The notes under the pieces were generated by a model. That model was given only the letters and a program-made list of their open reading frames with translations. It was not told the origin of the DNA and made no database searches. This document shows positions 37,968-47,852 of a stretch of DNA of 64,000 bases, piece by piece. Location: positions 1-64,000 of IMG/VR virus record IMGVR_UViG_3300021185_003522, one strand, 5' to 3'. Position numbers and translations under genes: made by a program. Position 1 is the stretch's first letter, and each line of letters starts with the position of its first letter. The DNA is from a virus.

Positions 37968-38068
37968 TTGTATATAAAAGGATCCCTTTTCCGTAGTTCT
38001 TTAAGTTTCTTACGATATCGTATTTCTAGTTTTATCTTATTAAAAAGATTCTTAATCCATGTTATCAT
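37964..38068 (-). CDS. 34-aa basic peptide ending DPFIYK
   Basis: MITWIKNLFNKIKLEIRYRKKLKELRKRDPFIYK; its TGA overlaps the metK ATG. Below the ORF-track size cutoff. Confidence 0.6.
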   Translation of the reverse strand: MITWIKNLFNKIKLEIRYRKKLKELRKRDPFIYK

Positions 38069-38738
38069 TATACACACCTTTTGTCTGTTTGTCAAGTAGT
38101 TCTGGATCAAATAATGGAACTGCACAAAAAGTTAAAGTACCTTTGTTTATCTTTGATACAGAACGCTTATAAGCAATTACAGTTTCTAAGTTATAGTAAT
38201 TATACTCAGGATCAATAGGGGTTGTCCATTTTAAACTGCTGCCAATTTGTGTTCCATGTTGAACATCATAGTTTGGTTCAACAGTACCTGCAAATTCATT
38301 GAAGTCAGTGTTCCAGTCTAGTAAGTATGGCAGTATTAGCAGGCGCCATCCTTTTGACATTTTTGCACGCCAAGGATAGTTAAGAATTTTAAATCTATAT
38401 TCATATAGACTGTAATCATCATCTGCCCAAGGTTTATCTCCTTTATTACCAAATATTGTGCCGTCAACCATTGGGGCTGATACTCTGCCCCTTGCAAAAT
38501 ATGTGTCGTATCCATCTAAGTCTTCTGGTAATGGAATAGTATAACCAATACTTGCAAGTCCTCTAAAACCTAAACAATTTCTTATTGTTTGTTGTTCAGC
38601 AAATGTAACTTCATCTCTTTTTCCTTTAAGTTTTTTAAACCATTCAGGCATGTGGTTACGCATAGGTGTAGGTGCTGGACATTTAAGGTACTGTATTTCT
38701 GGATCATCACAGTATTCCCACTCAAGAAAATTATTCAT
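38052..38738 (-). CDS. hypothetical protein (DUF6065-like)
   Basis: PEWFKKL...TIRNCLG...GYTIPLP...PW...GW pattern; family name from memory only. Confidence 0.45.
   Translation of the reverse strand: MNNFLEWEYCDDPEIQYLKCPAPTPMRNHMPEWFKKLKGKRDEVTFAEQQTIRNCLGFRGLASIGYTIPLPEDLDGYDTYFARGRVSAPMVDGTIFGNKGDKPWADDDYSLYEYRFKILNYPWRAKMSKGWRLLILPYLLDWNTDFNEFAGTVEPNYDVQHGTQIGSSLKWTTPIDPEYNYYNLETVIAYKRSVSKINKGTLTFCAVPLFDPELLDKQTKGVYNDNMD
38067..38095 (-). promoter_or_regulatory. consensus sigma70 promoter upstream of metK
   Basis: Minus strand TTGACA(38095-38090)-17-TATAAT(38072-38067), inside the 3' end of ORF 38052-38738. Confidence 0.7.
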
Positions 38739-39787
38739 ATCAAAGGTACCTGCAGTTGTTTACTATCTGCCCAAGTGTAATCATATTCAGCATATGAATC
38801 ACTGGTTTTAATACTATATACATCAAGATGATTAGTTAATATACTTAAAACTCCTTGAAAATCTTTACAAGCAAAACTTTTCTCCAGATCAACCTGTCCA
38901 ATTTTTGGGTGTCCTATTGTTAAACTTGGATCGTCAGGATCAAAATTATTAGCAACTAGCCATTTCCTAAACTCGTTTAGTTTAGTTTGCATAAAAGGCC
39001 TATCACGGGTATCTTGTCCCCATTCTATGTCAAAGTCACCAGCAGCCTCTGTTTGTGGTTTTAATGTTGTAGTTGTTAATTCATCAATACGACTGTCTGC
39101 ACCTTCATCCTGGAACACTTCATAATGGTGTTTACCAACTGCTTTGTTAACTCCAACATACACACCGCCGTGGTCTCTTGCTATAGAATCAATTCCAAAC
39201 AGGTTGTAGTCTTCGTCGTCTAGTATAAACCGCGGTGCATGTAACCAACACATTACGTTACTCGGACGTACCCATTCTGGAGCACTGGTTACTTTACCTA
39301 AGCTCATGATTAAACATTCTGCCTCGTGACATAGTAAGTTCAATTGTCTTATGTGCCATCGTGTTTCTGCATCTGCATTTGTGTAATGTTTGCTCATTGC
39401 ACCACTTACTCCTTGTGTTTCTTCAAAGTATAAATGCAACTGGTTAAGTTTGTCATGATTGAGGCCAATAATTTCGCAATTTCCTAATTTGCTCCAACGC
39501 TTAGTTGTCATGTTTGCAACTGTAAAATAGTCTTTTATTTCGTAGTCAATGCTACTACCGTTTATAGCCGCAATGGTTTGATTTATTTGCGTTACAATCA
39601 CATCAAGATCACGTTCGCAATTTGGAAAGCCCATAAAACAGTAATTCTTTTCGAGATGTAGTTTATTATCTAAAACATCATTGAATGCATTTAACCATTT
39701 TTTACTTAGACTGTTATCATAAACATCAAAGTATACGTGTAATAAACCATCTGCTCCACGCAGTTTCATTTCTATTCTATCCAGCAT
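38735..39787 (-). CDS. hypothetical protein in the radical SAM operon
   Basis: 350 aa, coupled to the last rSAM gene; LNQLHLYFE, LNLLCHEAE and VGKH motifs. Confidence 0.75.
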   Translation of the reverse strand: MLDRIEMKLRGADGLLHVYFDVYDNSLSKKWLNAFNDVLDNKLHLEKNYCFMGFPNCERDLDVIVTQINQTIAAINGSSIDYEIKDYFTVANMTTKRWSKLGNCEIIGLNHDKLNQLHLYFEETQGVSGAMSKHYTNADAETRWHIRQLNLLCHEAECLIMSLGKVTSAPEWVRPSNVMCWLHAPRFILDDEDYNLFGIDSIARDHGGVYVGVNKAVGKHHYEVFQDEGADSRIDELTTTTLKPQTEAAGDFDIEWGQDTRDRPFMQTKLNEFRKWLVANNFDPDDPSLTIGHPKIGQVDLEKSFACKDFQGVLSILTNHLDVYSIKTSDSYAEYDYTWADSKQLQVPLI

Positions 39788-41105
39788 CGATTCTATCCCA
39801 CCATTCTAATGTTTCTTCGCATCCTTGCGGGCCAGCAAATATATCTCTCATGCATAGTGCATTAGGACGTATATTTTCTAAAGTAAGTATTCTGCGTTTA
39901 CCTTTACGCATACCTCTCCAGTATTCTTCTTCGCTATACTGCTCTTGAAGGGTAGGTCTATTTTTAAGTTGCAGTAGTACATCACGCAGTGCGTTTCCAA
40001 GTATAAATTTATTTACTATGCTATCAATCTTGCGGTCAAGTAAATCACGTGGCAGTGCAAGTGGCGACATTATAACATCAGGCGTAAAAGTGAATATTAC
40101 TTTTGCTAATATATCCACATCCAAATCATCAGCCAGTGCCTGCATATTACTTACGTCCTGCATACCTGGCAGTGTAAGAGTGTAGTCTAAACGCATCATA
40201 CGTCTATTATGAGCTAATGGTAAAAGCACTTTAAAATTATCAACAAATTCTTTATACTTCAATCCTGTACGTATGTATTCGCCGATTGCACCTGTACCAT
40301 CTAAACTAGCACATATTTGCCAGTCACGTATATTTTTTAGTATATCATGGCCTAAGTGTATACCTTTGTATTTTATTCTACTCAAGTTTGTATTATACCT
40401 TGCATACAACTTTGGACCATCACCAAGTTCCACTATACGTTTCATGTACCGCCAGTGCTGTTCGTACATCAGTGGTTCGCCACCTACCCAATATATCTCT
40501 TCGACCCTGTGTTCCTCAACTGCATCTGAAAACTCTTTTTCAATTTGTGTGTCTTGAAATTTGCTTATTTCTTTACGAACCTCTGGACGCATCCAGTTGT
40601 TTTTTGGGTTGTCTAAATTAACCATGTTGTGTTTTTTCTGTTCTGTTTCCCAACTTGAACTTAGCATATCACCGCAGGTACGACACTTAAAGTTACACAA
40701 GTTTGAAAATCTATAATCCCAACTGATTGGCTTCATGCTGGTCCAACCTGTATCGTCTGTACTGGTCCACAGTTCATCATAACGGTGTTGAAACAAATGC
40801 CAAAAGTATGTTCTATATACATCAGTGTTTAACAGTTTGTCTGTACAGACTTCGCACTCGCTAAGTTTTTCGCCTGCCATCATTCTGCGTCTAACACTAC
40901 GCATGTGTTCGCTATTCCAATGTTCTTCTAATGTATTTGGGTTGTACTTTCCTGTGCCTGATGCAGTATCAATATACTGTTCAAAGCTCTGTGCTGGTTC
41001 ACGTGATGCACAACACATTCTACGTTCAGTCTGGGGAGACAGATAGGTATGTGTCCAAGGAGCCATGCACAATGTTTCAGGCTTTTGTTCAGGCCTGTCT
41101 ACCAT
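39777..41105 (-). CDS. N-terminal twitch-domain radical SAM protein (5)
   Basis: CMAPW...MCC...CEVC, then CNFKCRTC (CxxxCxxC), GGEP, YNTN, SLDG. Confidence 0.9.
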   Translation of the reverse strand: MVDRPEQKPETLCMAPWTHTYLSPQTERRMCCASREPAQSFEQYIDTASGTGKYNPNTLEEHWNSEHMRSVRRRMMAGEKLSECEVCTDKLLNTDVYRTYFWHLFQHRYDELWTSTDDTGWTSMKPISWDYRFSNLCNFKCRTCGDMLSSSWETEQKKHNMVNLDNPKNNWMRPEVRKEISKFQDTQIEKEFSDAVEEHRVEEIYWVGGEPLMYEQHWRYMKRIVELGDGPKLYARYNTNLSRIKYKGIHLGHDILKNIRDWQICASLDGTGAIGEYIRTGLKYKEFVDNFKVLLPLAHNRRMMRLDYTLTLPGMQDVSNMQALADDLDVDILAKVIFTFTPDVIMSPLALPRDLLDRKIDSIVNKFILGNALRDVLLQLKNRPTLQEQYSEEEYWRGMRKGKRRILTLENIRPNALCMRDIFAGPQGCEETLEWWDRIDAG

Positions 41106-41665
41106 ACAAATGCTATCTGTTCTTGTTCAGTGAGTATTGTTTTTTTAAACAGTTCTGCACCTTTGTGAACATTCTCACGCCATTCATTGCCCTGTGCATC
41201 GCCATCTGAATCACTATCTGAAATATACTTGTAACAGTCAAACGGAATCATAAACTTTGTTGCAACCTTGGCAAGTGCATATGCTTCCATTTCGCATATC
41301 TGATAGTTAATATGTGGTACACTAAAACTATCACCTGTGCCACAAACAAATAAACTGTCGTGCTTTGTTTGGCAAACGATCATCTGTTCTTCGTCTCCTG
41401 GGCTTACATACAGAGGCAGTCCCAATGGTGTGCAATCCATGTCTCTTTCTATCACTGCACTTATACCTACTAGTTCGCCTTTAATTTCTTTACTACCGCC
41501 TGCTGAACCATAATTTATTATTTTGCTATATCTATCATTATAACACAATTCTGCAGTAAGAGCAATACTAGCGTTTACTTTTCCTACACCTGTAACTAGC
41601 TTTTTATATCCACTTGGCAAAGTTCCCGGCAGTTCTTCTTCTAATGCGATAACAACTAGTATCAT
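41099..41665 (-). CDS. 5'-methylthioadenosine/SAH nucleosidase-like protein
   Basis: ALEEE, TGVGKVNA, NYGSAG, TGDSF, EMEAYA, KYISD. Confidence 0.85.
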   Translation of the reverse strand: MILVVIALEEELPGTLPSGYKKLVTGVGKVNASIALTAELCYNDRYSKIINYGSAGGSKEIKGELVGISAVIERDMDCTPLGLPLYVSPGDEEQMIVCQTKHDSLFVCGTGDSFSVPHINYQICEMEAYALAKVATKFMIPFDCYKYISDSDSDGDAQGNEWRENVHKGAELFKKTILTEQEQIAFVW

Positions 41666-42867
41666 GTGTTTGGTCCTTTGTATTCTATAGCTTCTGCTAA
41701 TTCAGCATGATGTGTACATAAATCTTGTTTCCTACGCCAATCTACATCAGCAACTTTCATGCGTAAAATGTTTCCATCTAAACTTGCACCACCATTTATA
41801 AAGTCAATTATGTTGTTGAATTCTTTTCTGTGATATTCTGTTACTTTTGCGTTTTTTAATTTTCCTATTGCAACTTTTTTTGCACGGTCTGGTAATGTTC
41901 CAACACTATGATAATACGCTTCGTGCAACATGTTCCAATATACAAAGTCAAAATTGCGTTGATCAATCCAATTTGCAAGTCCTTCTAAATACATTACATT
42001 AAAAACGTTTACTGTGGAGCAAACCTGTAACTGTATGTTTGTATTACGATCACGCATCGCCTCAAACCGATCCATGTTAGTGTTCACTTCTTCCCATATA
42101 GCATTAGCACGTTGATATTCAAAACGTTCACCAACATCATCAATACTAAATGCTATCTCAATTAACTTAAAATGTTTCCATATCTCTTCTGCATGTTCTG
42201 GAAACTGTGTTCCATTAGTATTATAGTGTATTTCAACATTATGTGCAATACCTTTATCAACCATTCTTTGTAGTAAATCAAAATGTTCTTGTATCATGAA
42301 AGGTTCGCCACCGGTAAACTCTAAGTACCGGACTTGCTCCATTAGTTTGTCAATCTCTGTCCAAAACTTTTGATTGCGTCTTGGCCATGCTCCATCTTTA
42401 AGCATTTGGTAATGAAAGCTGTCTTTGCCCTCAAACTTAACTTCTTCAGCCGCAAACGTACTTGAACTCCAACTACCGCATATACGGCATTTTAGGTTAC
42501 AAATGTTGCCCAGTTTAAAATCTATAAACACCAGTGGCTTTGCATCAGCAGTCCATTCAGTATCGGTAACAATATGTTCTAATCTGTTAAGAGTGTGCAT
42601 ACGTTTTGATGTACGCCCTGAACGTTCTTCATTCCAGCACTTACGGCATGTTTGTGGCTTCTTGCCATCTAAAAATTCTTGACGTAGTTTTTGCATGTAT
42701 TTGCTAGTATGAACTTCGTTAAGATCTGTTGTTAATAGGCTATACTTGTTTCCATCTGTATCTGTAATCTCATCCTCTGCTAAACAACAAGGCCTGGTAG
42801 TGCCAATAGGTGACGTTTCTAAACTTACCCAAGGCAAGACACAAAATGTTTCATGTGGTAATTTCAC
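41662..42867 (-). CDS. N-terminal twitch-domain radical SAM protein (4)
   Basis: CVLPW...PCC...CRKC; CNLKCRIC; GGEP; YNTNG. Confidence 0.9.
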   Translation of the reverse strand: MKLPHETFCVLPWVSLETSPIGTTRPCCLAEDEITDTDGNKYSLLTTDLNEVHTSKYMQKLRQEFLDGKKPQTCRKCWNEERSGRTSKRMHTLNRLEHIVTDTEWTADAKPLVFIDFKLGNICNLKCRICGSWSSSTFAAEEVKFEGKDSFHYQMLKDGAWPRRNQKFWTEIDKLMEQVRYLEFTGGEPFMIQEHFDLLQRMVDKGIAHNVEIHYNTNGTQFPEHAEEIWKHFKLIEIAFSIDDVGERFEYQRANAIWEEVNTNMDRFEAMRDRNTNIQLQVCSTVNVFNVMYLEGLANWIDQRNFDFVYWNMLHEAYYHSVGTLPDRAKKVAIGKLKNAKVTEYHRKEFNNIIDFINGGASLDGNILRMKVADVDWRRKQDLCTHHAELAEAIEYKGPNT

Positions 42868-44147
42868 TTTAATGCTCCAAGTTCTGGTATTACATCTAGT
42901 ATATTCTCATTTCGTATACCATCAAGTTGATTGGTCTTTTGCCAAAACTTTTCTAGTAAATGTGTATTGTCTGTTTTGAGATATTGTATTGCACTTTCAA
43001 ACCCTACAGTTGCTCTGTTTAATTGGTCAAGTGGTCGTAACCATTCAAGATGTTTTTCATACTTTGAGATAATCTGATCTTTATACTCTTGTGGTGCAAT
43101 ATCTATTCTGTAATAATCTGGATCTTGAAGTATGTTTATATTAAGATCTTGTGCTCTTATCAAACCTTTACCAGCCCATTCTCTATGAAAGTGAGGAATG
43201 TGCAGTGCATTCATTATGCTTAACGTCGGGCTGATATAAAAGTCAACCTGTGGACATATCTCCATCATCTGTCGTCTGTTCTCTTCAACAACACTCCATT
43301 TGGTACCTTTGCGTATGTATTCAGCACGTGTACCCATTGCATCTAAACTTGCACCAACTGCAACACTGTCAAACTTTTTCCAGTAGTCAAATACGAGTCT
43401 ATCTTTTAATTGTACATGTGTAAAATTTGTATTGTAAATCAGTCTGACATCAAATCTGCCTCTGCGTTCCAGTTCTTCTAAGATAACATAGTGTTCATCC
43501 ATCATGCAAGGTTCGCCGCCAGCAAAGTATATCTGCTCAACATGATCTAAATGTTCCATTAGTTGGTCCATCATGTCAGTTTTGAAACGTCCAGCATAGT
43601 TTAACACATTGTTGTTCTTTGCCCATTCAGGACCTGCTAGTGCAGTTTGGTCTTTATACCAACTGCTGGAAAATATATGTCCACAACTTCTGCAACTTAG
43701 GTTACAAAGATTTGAAAAACGTATGTCCCAATAGGTCATTTCAAAATCTTTGTATTCACCGTCTGGTGTTGTGTCTTTTGTTCTGTGTATGTGATGTCCG
43801 TGATGCTTGTTAGCACTTTGTCTACCTGAGAAGAAGCCTGACTTCTCCTGTTCGTAACAACGTCCGCATGCACTGTTCTCTGTTTCTGTTAGCATGTCTT
43901 TACGTAGTTGCTTTTGTTCTGCACTATTCCATATTTCAGTCATGGTGTTTGTTTTACAGTTGCCTACCTGTCCTACGCCCATTTCAGCATGACAACAAGG
44001 ATATGCTTCGCCTGTTGGATATGCGTGTAGATGTATCCAAGGATACATACAAAATGTTTTGCTTTCACTAAGCAAAAACTGTTCGCGTTGCTCTAGGTCG
44101 CTTAACTTTATCTTAATAGGATCACTGCTATTATAATTATAACTCAC
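42864..44147 (-). CDS. N-terminal twitch-domain radical SAM protein (3)
   Basis: CMYPW...PCC...CGRC; CNLSCRSC; GGEP; YNTN. Confidence 0.9.
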   Translation of the reverse strand: MSYNYNSSDPIKIKLSDLEQREQFLLSESKTFCMYPWIHLHAYPTGEAYPCCHAEMGVGQVGNCKTNTMTEIWNSAEQKQLRKDMLTETENSACGRCYEQEKSGFFSGRQSANKHHGHHIHRTKDTTPDGEYKDFEMTYWDIRFSNLCNLSCRSCGHIFSSSWYKDQTALAGPEWAKNNNVLNYAGRFKTDMMDQLMEHLDHVEQIYFAGGEPCMMDEHYVILEELERRGRFDVRLIYNTNFTHVQLKDRLVFDYWKKFDSVAVGASLDAMGTRAEYIRKGTKWSVVEENRRQMMEICPQVDFYISPTLSIMNALHIPHFHREWAGKGLIRAQDLNINILQDPDYYRIDIAPQEYKDQIISKYEKHLEWLRPLDQLNRATVGFESAIQYLKTDNTHLLEKFWQKTNQLDGIRNENILDVIPELGALK

Positions 44148-45489
44148 TGAACCACTCTTTCATGCTTGGAAATGCTTTGTTAAAATTTTTGTTGCGACGT
44201 ATATCATATTGATTATAAAACTGTTTAAAATCATTGTGCAACTTTGGAGTTTCAAATGCTTCACTGTGAGGTGTTTTTACAACATCTAAATAGTCGAGCA
44301 ATCTCTGTGTTTGATTTAATTCGTGTTCATGAAGAAATTTATTATCTGCATTTTCATCATACCATTCTTGTAATCTATTCTTATGCAATGTGCGTAAATG
44401 ATCAGGTAAAGCAAGTGCAGATTGAAAACTAGGAAAACGTAATATATTCAATGTAAAACTTGGATAGTCTCTACCGTACATTTCTTTAAACTTTAATAGG
44501 TAACCTAAAAATTCTGGTAATGTTTCTAAGCACAGTGCATTCACTGTACACATATTATGTAAACCACGTAACTTGCCACTGCCTGCTAACAAATGCATGT
44601 TTCTTGCCCATGTACTCCATTCTAAGCCATCACGTATATACTCAGCTTGATGTACTAAACTTTCGTTTGATGTATAGATATCAAGTGGAGCACTATCAGC
44701 TCTATCAAGTAATTTATAAATTTGCGAATCGTCGCATTGTAAGTTACTATTAATTGCGATGCGAGTCTTGCTTGCACCTTTGTTCTCTTTAAACCAGTCT
44801 AACAGTTTCCACAAGTGTCCACTCATCATCGGTTCGCCACCAGTAATACGTAGCTCGTCTAGGGTATAGTGCAAATCACTTTCCCACCATTTGAAGAATG
44901 CTTCAATGTAGGGGTTAGTTTCATTAAACTTATACAATTGACTACTATCATGTGGATGTGTAAAATGATTACGCCCATCGCTGATTAAATTTTCATATGA
45001 ACCATTCTTCTTAATGTCTTTTACCCATGTGGTTGAGAAAGCAGGATTGCAATAGCTACACGCAAGTTGACAAGTTCTATCAAATGCAATTTCTAGTGTC
45101 TTAAGATTAACGTCAATTTGATGATCACGTTCATATGCGGCCTGCAGTGCATTATCCTCATAGATTACACTTTTATAGACTCTATCACTGATATTATCTC
45201 TGCCTATGTCTTCTACTTTCCAACAGTATTCGCAACCCTTAGGACGCTCACCACACTGCATTTGTCTACGTTCTTCTTTTTTCTCAGGTGTGTTGTGTAG
45301 TGCCTTTGGATTAGCAATCACATCTTCCACACTTACTTTATGTGGCAGTGGATGATGGCAACTTGTAGTCATACCAGACCCTAGCCAGATGGTTGCATTG
45401 TACCATTTGGCGCCACACATACTTGAACTTAGTGGATCAAGCACTCGTTGTTTATAATTTAGGTCAGTTTCATTTGCTTGTTTGGGCAT
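44137..45489 (-). CDS. N-terminal twitch-domain radical SAM protein (2)
   Basis: CGAKW...SCHHP...CEYCW; CQLACSYC; GGEP; TAATTA-N5-ATG start. Confidence 0.9.
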   Translation of the reverse strand: MPKQANETDLNYKQRVLDPLSSSMCGAKWYNATIWLGSGMTTSCHHPLPHKVSVEDVIANPKALHNTPEKKEERRQMQCGERPKGCEYCWKVEDIGRDNISDRVYKSVIYEDNALQAAYERDHQIDVNLKTLEIAFDRTCQLACSYCNPAFSTTWVKDIKKNGSYENLISDGRNHFTHPHDSSQLYKFNETNPYIEAFFKWWESDLHYTLDELRITGGEPMMSGHLWKLLDWFKENKGASKTRIAINSNLQCDDSQIYKLLDRADSAPLDIYTSNESLVHQAEYIRDGLEWSTWARNMHLLAGSGKLRGLHNMCTVNALCLETLPEFLGYLLKFKEMYGRDYPSFTLNILRFPSFQSALALPDHLRTLHKNRLQEWYDENADNKFLHEHELNQTQRLLDYLDVVKTPHSEAFETPKLHNDFKQFYNQYDIRRNKNFNKAFPSMKEWFSEL

Positions 45490-45507
45490 ATGTATAATTA
45501 TACAGAT

Positions 45508-46995
45508 TTAGATGTTAGCAAGATATTTGCACTCTTCCCACCATGTAGACATTTCAGGAAAAGTTTTTAAAAAATTTGTATTACGGCGTCTATCATGTTC
45601 GTTAAAGAATCTGTAGAAGTCTGCTTTGTTCTGTTTTATATATTCTGGATCTAGATTTTGTCCGCTACGCATCCATGCAATGTCTCTATCAAGTCTAGCA
45701 ACTTCGTAATCTTTGAATCCTTTAAAACGGTTCTCTTCTGTTTCTAAATTATCTTGCATCCATTTTTTACTTATTTCAAGTTCGTGGACATAGCTTTCAG
45801 GAAGTATCTGTAAACTTTGCCATGTGGGTGTACGGAGCACAGGCGTATCAAACCATATACGTTGGTAAGTGTTACTGTATATTTGACGCAACCCCAGTAT
45901 TGAAGTAAAAAGTTTTTGTAAACTTGTGATGCTTAAATTATTCATTGTAATAATAAACGTTAAACTGCTACGTTCTGGTACATCTATTAGAAACTGATTT
46001 ACTCTGTCCCAAAGCAAGTTAAAGTCCAATCCATGACGCATGTATTCTGCTGGTTCAAACATGCCATCGAGGCTTACATACTGCATAAAGTGTTCAACTG
46101 TTCCTTGCTTTTCACAAAGCATTGTTACATAAGCCTTGTACTTTTGCCAAAGTTTCTCTTCAACACTGAAGTTGGATGTAGTACTAAGATGTAACTTTGG
46201 TGATGGGTTCATTAGAACATGATCGAATACTCTGTATGTGTTTTTATCCATCATTGGTTCACCACCAGTCATTCTAAAATGTTCAAGCTCAGGATATAAT
46301 GTTGGCCACCATTTCCAAAATGCTTCAACATAAGGATTGTGTTCTCTTGCGGGTATGGGCCTGCGTTCTCCTACAAAGTGACTAGGATCATTGTGTGGTG
46401 TTGAAGTTGGCCATGCACCTTCACGTTGTGTTTCTTTCATCCAACTACTACTATACTGAGGTGAACAATAACTACAACTTAGATTACAAGCACTGTTAAA
46501 GTCAACCTCAACATAACTAGGAACTATATCCTGATCCCACGGTGCATTCTTAATAGTTTCAAAGTCTTTCATTGCCCACGGCTCGCCTGAACGATAGTGT
46601 CTATCACTGAGTTTGTTGTTGTCTTCCATAGCCCAACAATAACTACACTCTGGCGGTCTAGTGCCTTCAAGCATAAGTTTACGTTGTTGCTTCTTGTGTT
46701 CTGTGTTGTGCAATGCACTTGGATTAGTTTTTATTGCTTCAGCATCTGCTCTGTGCAGTGGAGGATGATAACAACTGTTGTTCATACCAGTTGTTAAATG
46801 CAAACTCAGTTGTTTCCATTTTGCCAAACAGAAACTAGGCGACACAGTATCTAGTTTCTGTTGTGCCCGTTCAGCATCACTTAGAAACTTACTTTTAAAG
46901 TCTTTGCTAACTTCATCACCTTTATTTTGAGTTACCAACCTTCTTGACTCCGGATCACATCTATTTCTCTTGTCATAATTGATTGATTGTGCCAA
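45508..46995 (-). CDS. N-terminal twitch-domain radical SAM protein (1)
   Basis: CLAKW...SCYHP...CSYCW; CNLSCSYC; GGEP; the true start may be TTG near 46938. Confidence 0.9.
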   Translation of the reverse strand: MAQSINYDKRNRCDPESRRLVTQNKGDEVSKDFKSKFLSDAERAQQKLDTVSPSFCLAKWKQLSLHLTTGMNNSCYHPPLHRADAEAIKTNPSALHNTEHKKQQRKLMLEGTRPPECSYCWAMEDNNKLSDRHYRSGEPWAMKDFETIKNAPWDQDIVPSYVEVDFNSACNLSCSYCSPQYSSSWMKETQREGAWPTSTPHNDPSHFVGERRPIPAREHNPYVEAFWKWWPTLYPELEHFRMTGGEPMMDKNTYRVFDHVLMNPSPKLHLSTTSNFSVEEKLWQKYKAYVTMLCEKQGTVEHFMQYVSLDGMFEPAEYMRHGLDFNLLWDRVNQFLIDVPERSSLTFIITMNNLSITSLQKLFTSILGLRQIYSNTYQRIWFDTPVLRTPTWQSLQILPESYVHELEISKKWMQDNLETEENRFKGFKDYEVARLDRDIAWMRSGQNLDPEYIKQNKADFYRFFNEHDRRRNTNFLKTFPEMSTWWEECKYLANI

Positions 46996-47852
46996 TTACT
47001 ACGATAGTGATGTTTGAAAAATTTGCTTTGCTCAGGATTGTAGGTATTCATTGGTAGACCTAGTTGACGTTCTAAGTCTTGTTCTTTATCAGTGACTAAT
47101 TCATTGGATGAACGGTCTTTGACTTCGTTCCATATGTCTTCTAATAGATTAAAATCTTGAACTTTTTTGTAGTCCCAATCGCTTAACATTGTTTTCCAAG
47201 TTCCTAGTCTTGCGCCTGCAATTGCCCATAGTCCATGTTCTGTGTCTGCACCAATGTTGTGCCATATGGTTAGATGGTCTAGGTTTCTATTGTGTACACT
47301 TTCTCTAAATTCACTTACACTTGGTTTTGAACCTCTGTCAAGACACATTTTTACGCCTTCTCTAAAGCCTGCACGGAACGCATGTTTTGCACTTTCTCCA
47401 GGATAGGTAGTTGAATAACAGTTGTACATTGGCCAATATAGATCATCAAAGCAAAACTCTACGTCAGTGTCATCTGCGCCTTCAGAGGCTTCGTGTGTAC
47501 GCATGTTTTGTACAAATGTTTTTGTCCATGAGCTTATTCCGCCGTTGCCGTACATTAGTCCATTTATATCGTTCCTTGCACGCCATCTGTAAACTGCTTG
47601 TTCATACTGTTCTGTTTTATATTCTATAGTTTCGTTAAAAAAACTTTCTTGCGGCAAGTTATCACCGTCAATCAAGATAAAACGTTCAGTATCGCTGGCA
47701 TCAGCAGCCGCTTTGTGTGCAGCATCAGAACCTTTGACTCCGTCTACACGTTTTGCCCACGGAACCATATTGCGTATCTTTATCCAAAACTCTTCTTTTT
47801 TAGGTTCATCATAGCTCAGGTATATGCAATCTAAATCAGCAACATCAATCAT
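46932..47852 (-). CDS. GT-A-like glycosyltransferase-like protein
   Basis: DCIYLSYDEP and DxD motif (LIDGDN); paralog of the C-terminal domain of ORF 29695; AGGAG RBS before ATG 47852. Confidence 0.6.
   Translation of the reverse strand: MIDVADLDCIYLSYDEPKKEEFWIKIRNMVPWAKRVDGVKGSDAAHKAAADASDTERFILIDGDNLPQESFFNETIEYKTEQYEQAVYRWRARNDINGLMYGNGGISSWTKTFVQNMRTHEASEGADDTDVEFCFDDLYWPMYNCYSTTYPGESAKHAFRAGFREGVKMCLDRGSKPSVSEFRESVHNRNLDHLTIWHNIGADTEHGLWAIAGARLGTWKTMLSDWDYKKVQDFNLLEDIWNEVKDRSSNELVTDKEQDLERQLGLPMNTYNPEQSKFFKHHYRSNWHNQSIMTREIDVIRSQEGW

Noticed and set aside
37968-38060. SAM riboswitch upstream of metK
   Set aside because: The interval is occupied by a coupled small ORF and I see no SAM-II/SAM-V consensus; an Rfam scan would settle it.
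33498-38068. Saxitoxin biosynthesis cluster (SxtG/SxtI/SxtK-like genes)
   Set aside because: No SxtA PKS-like enzyme or other core sxt genes in the window; the context is sugar-modifying enzymes.
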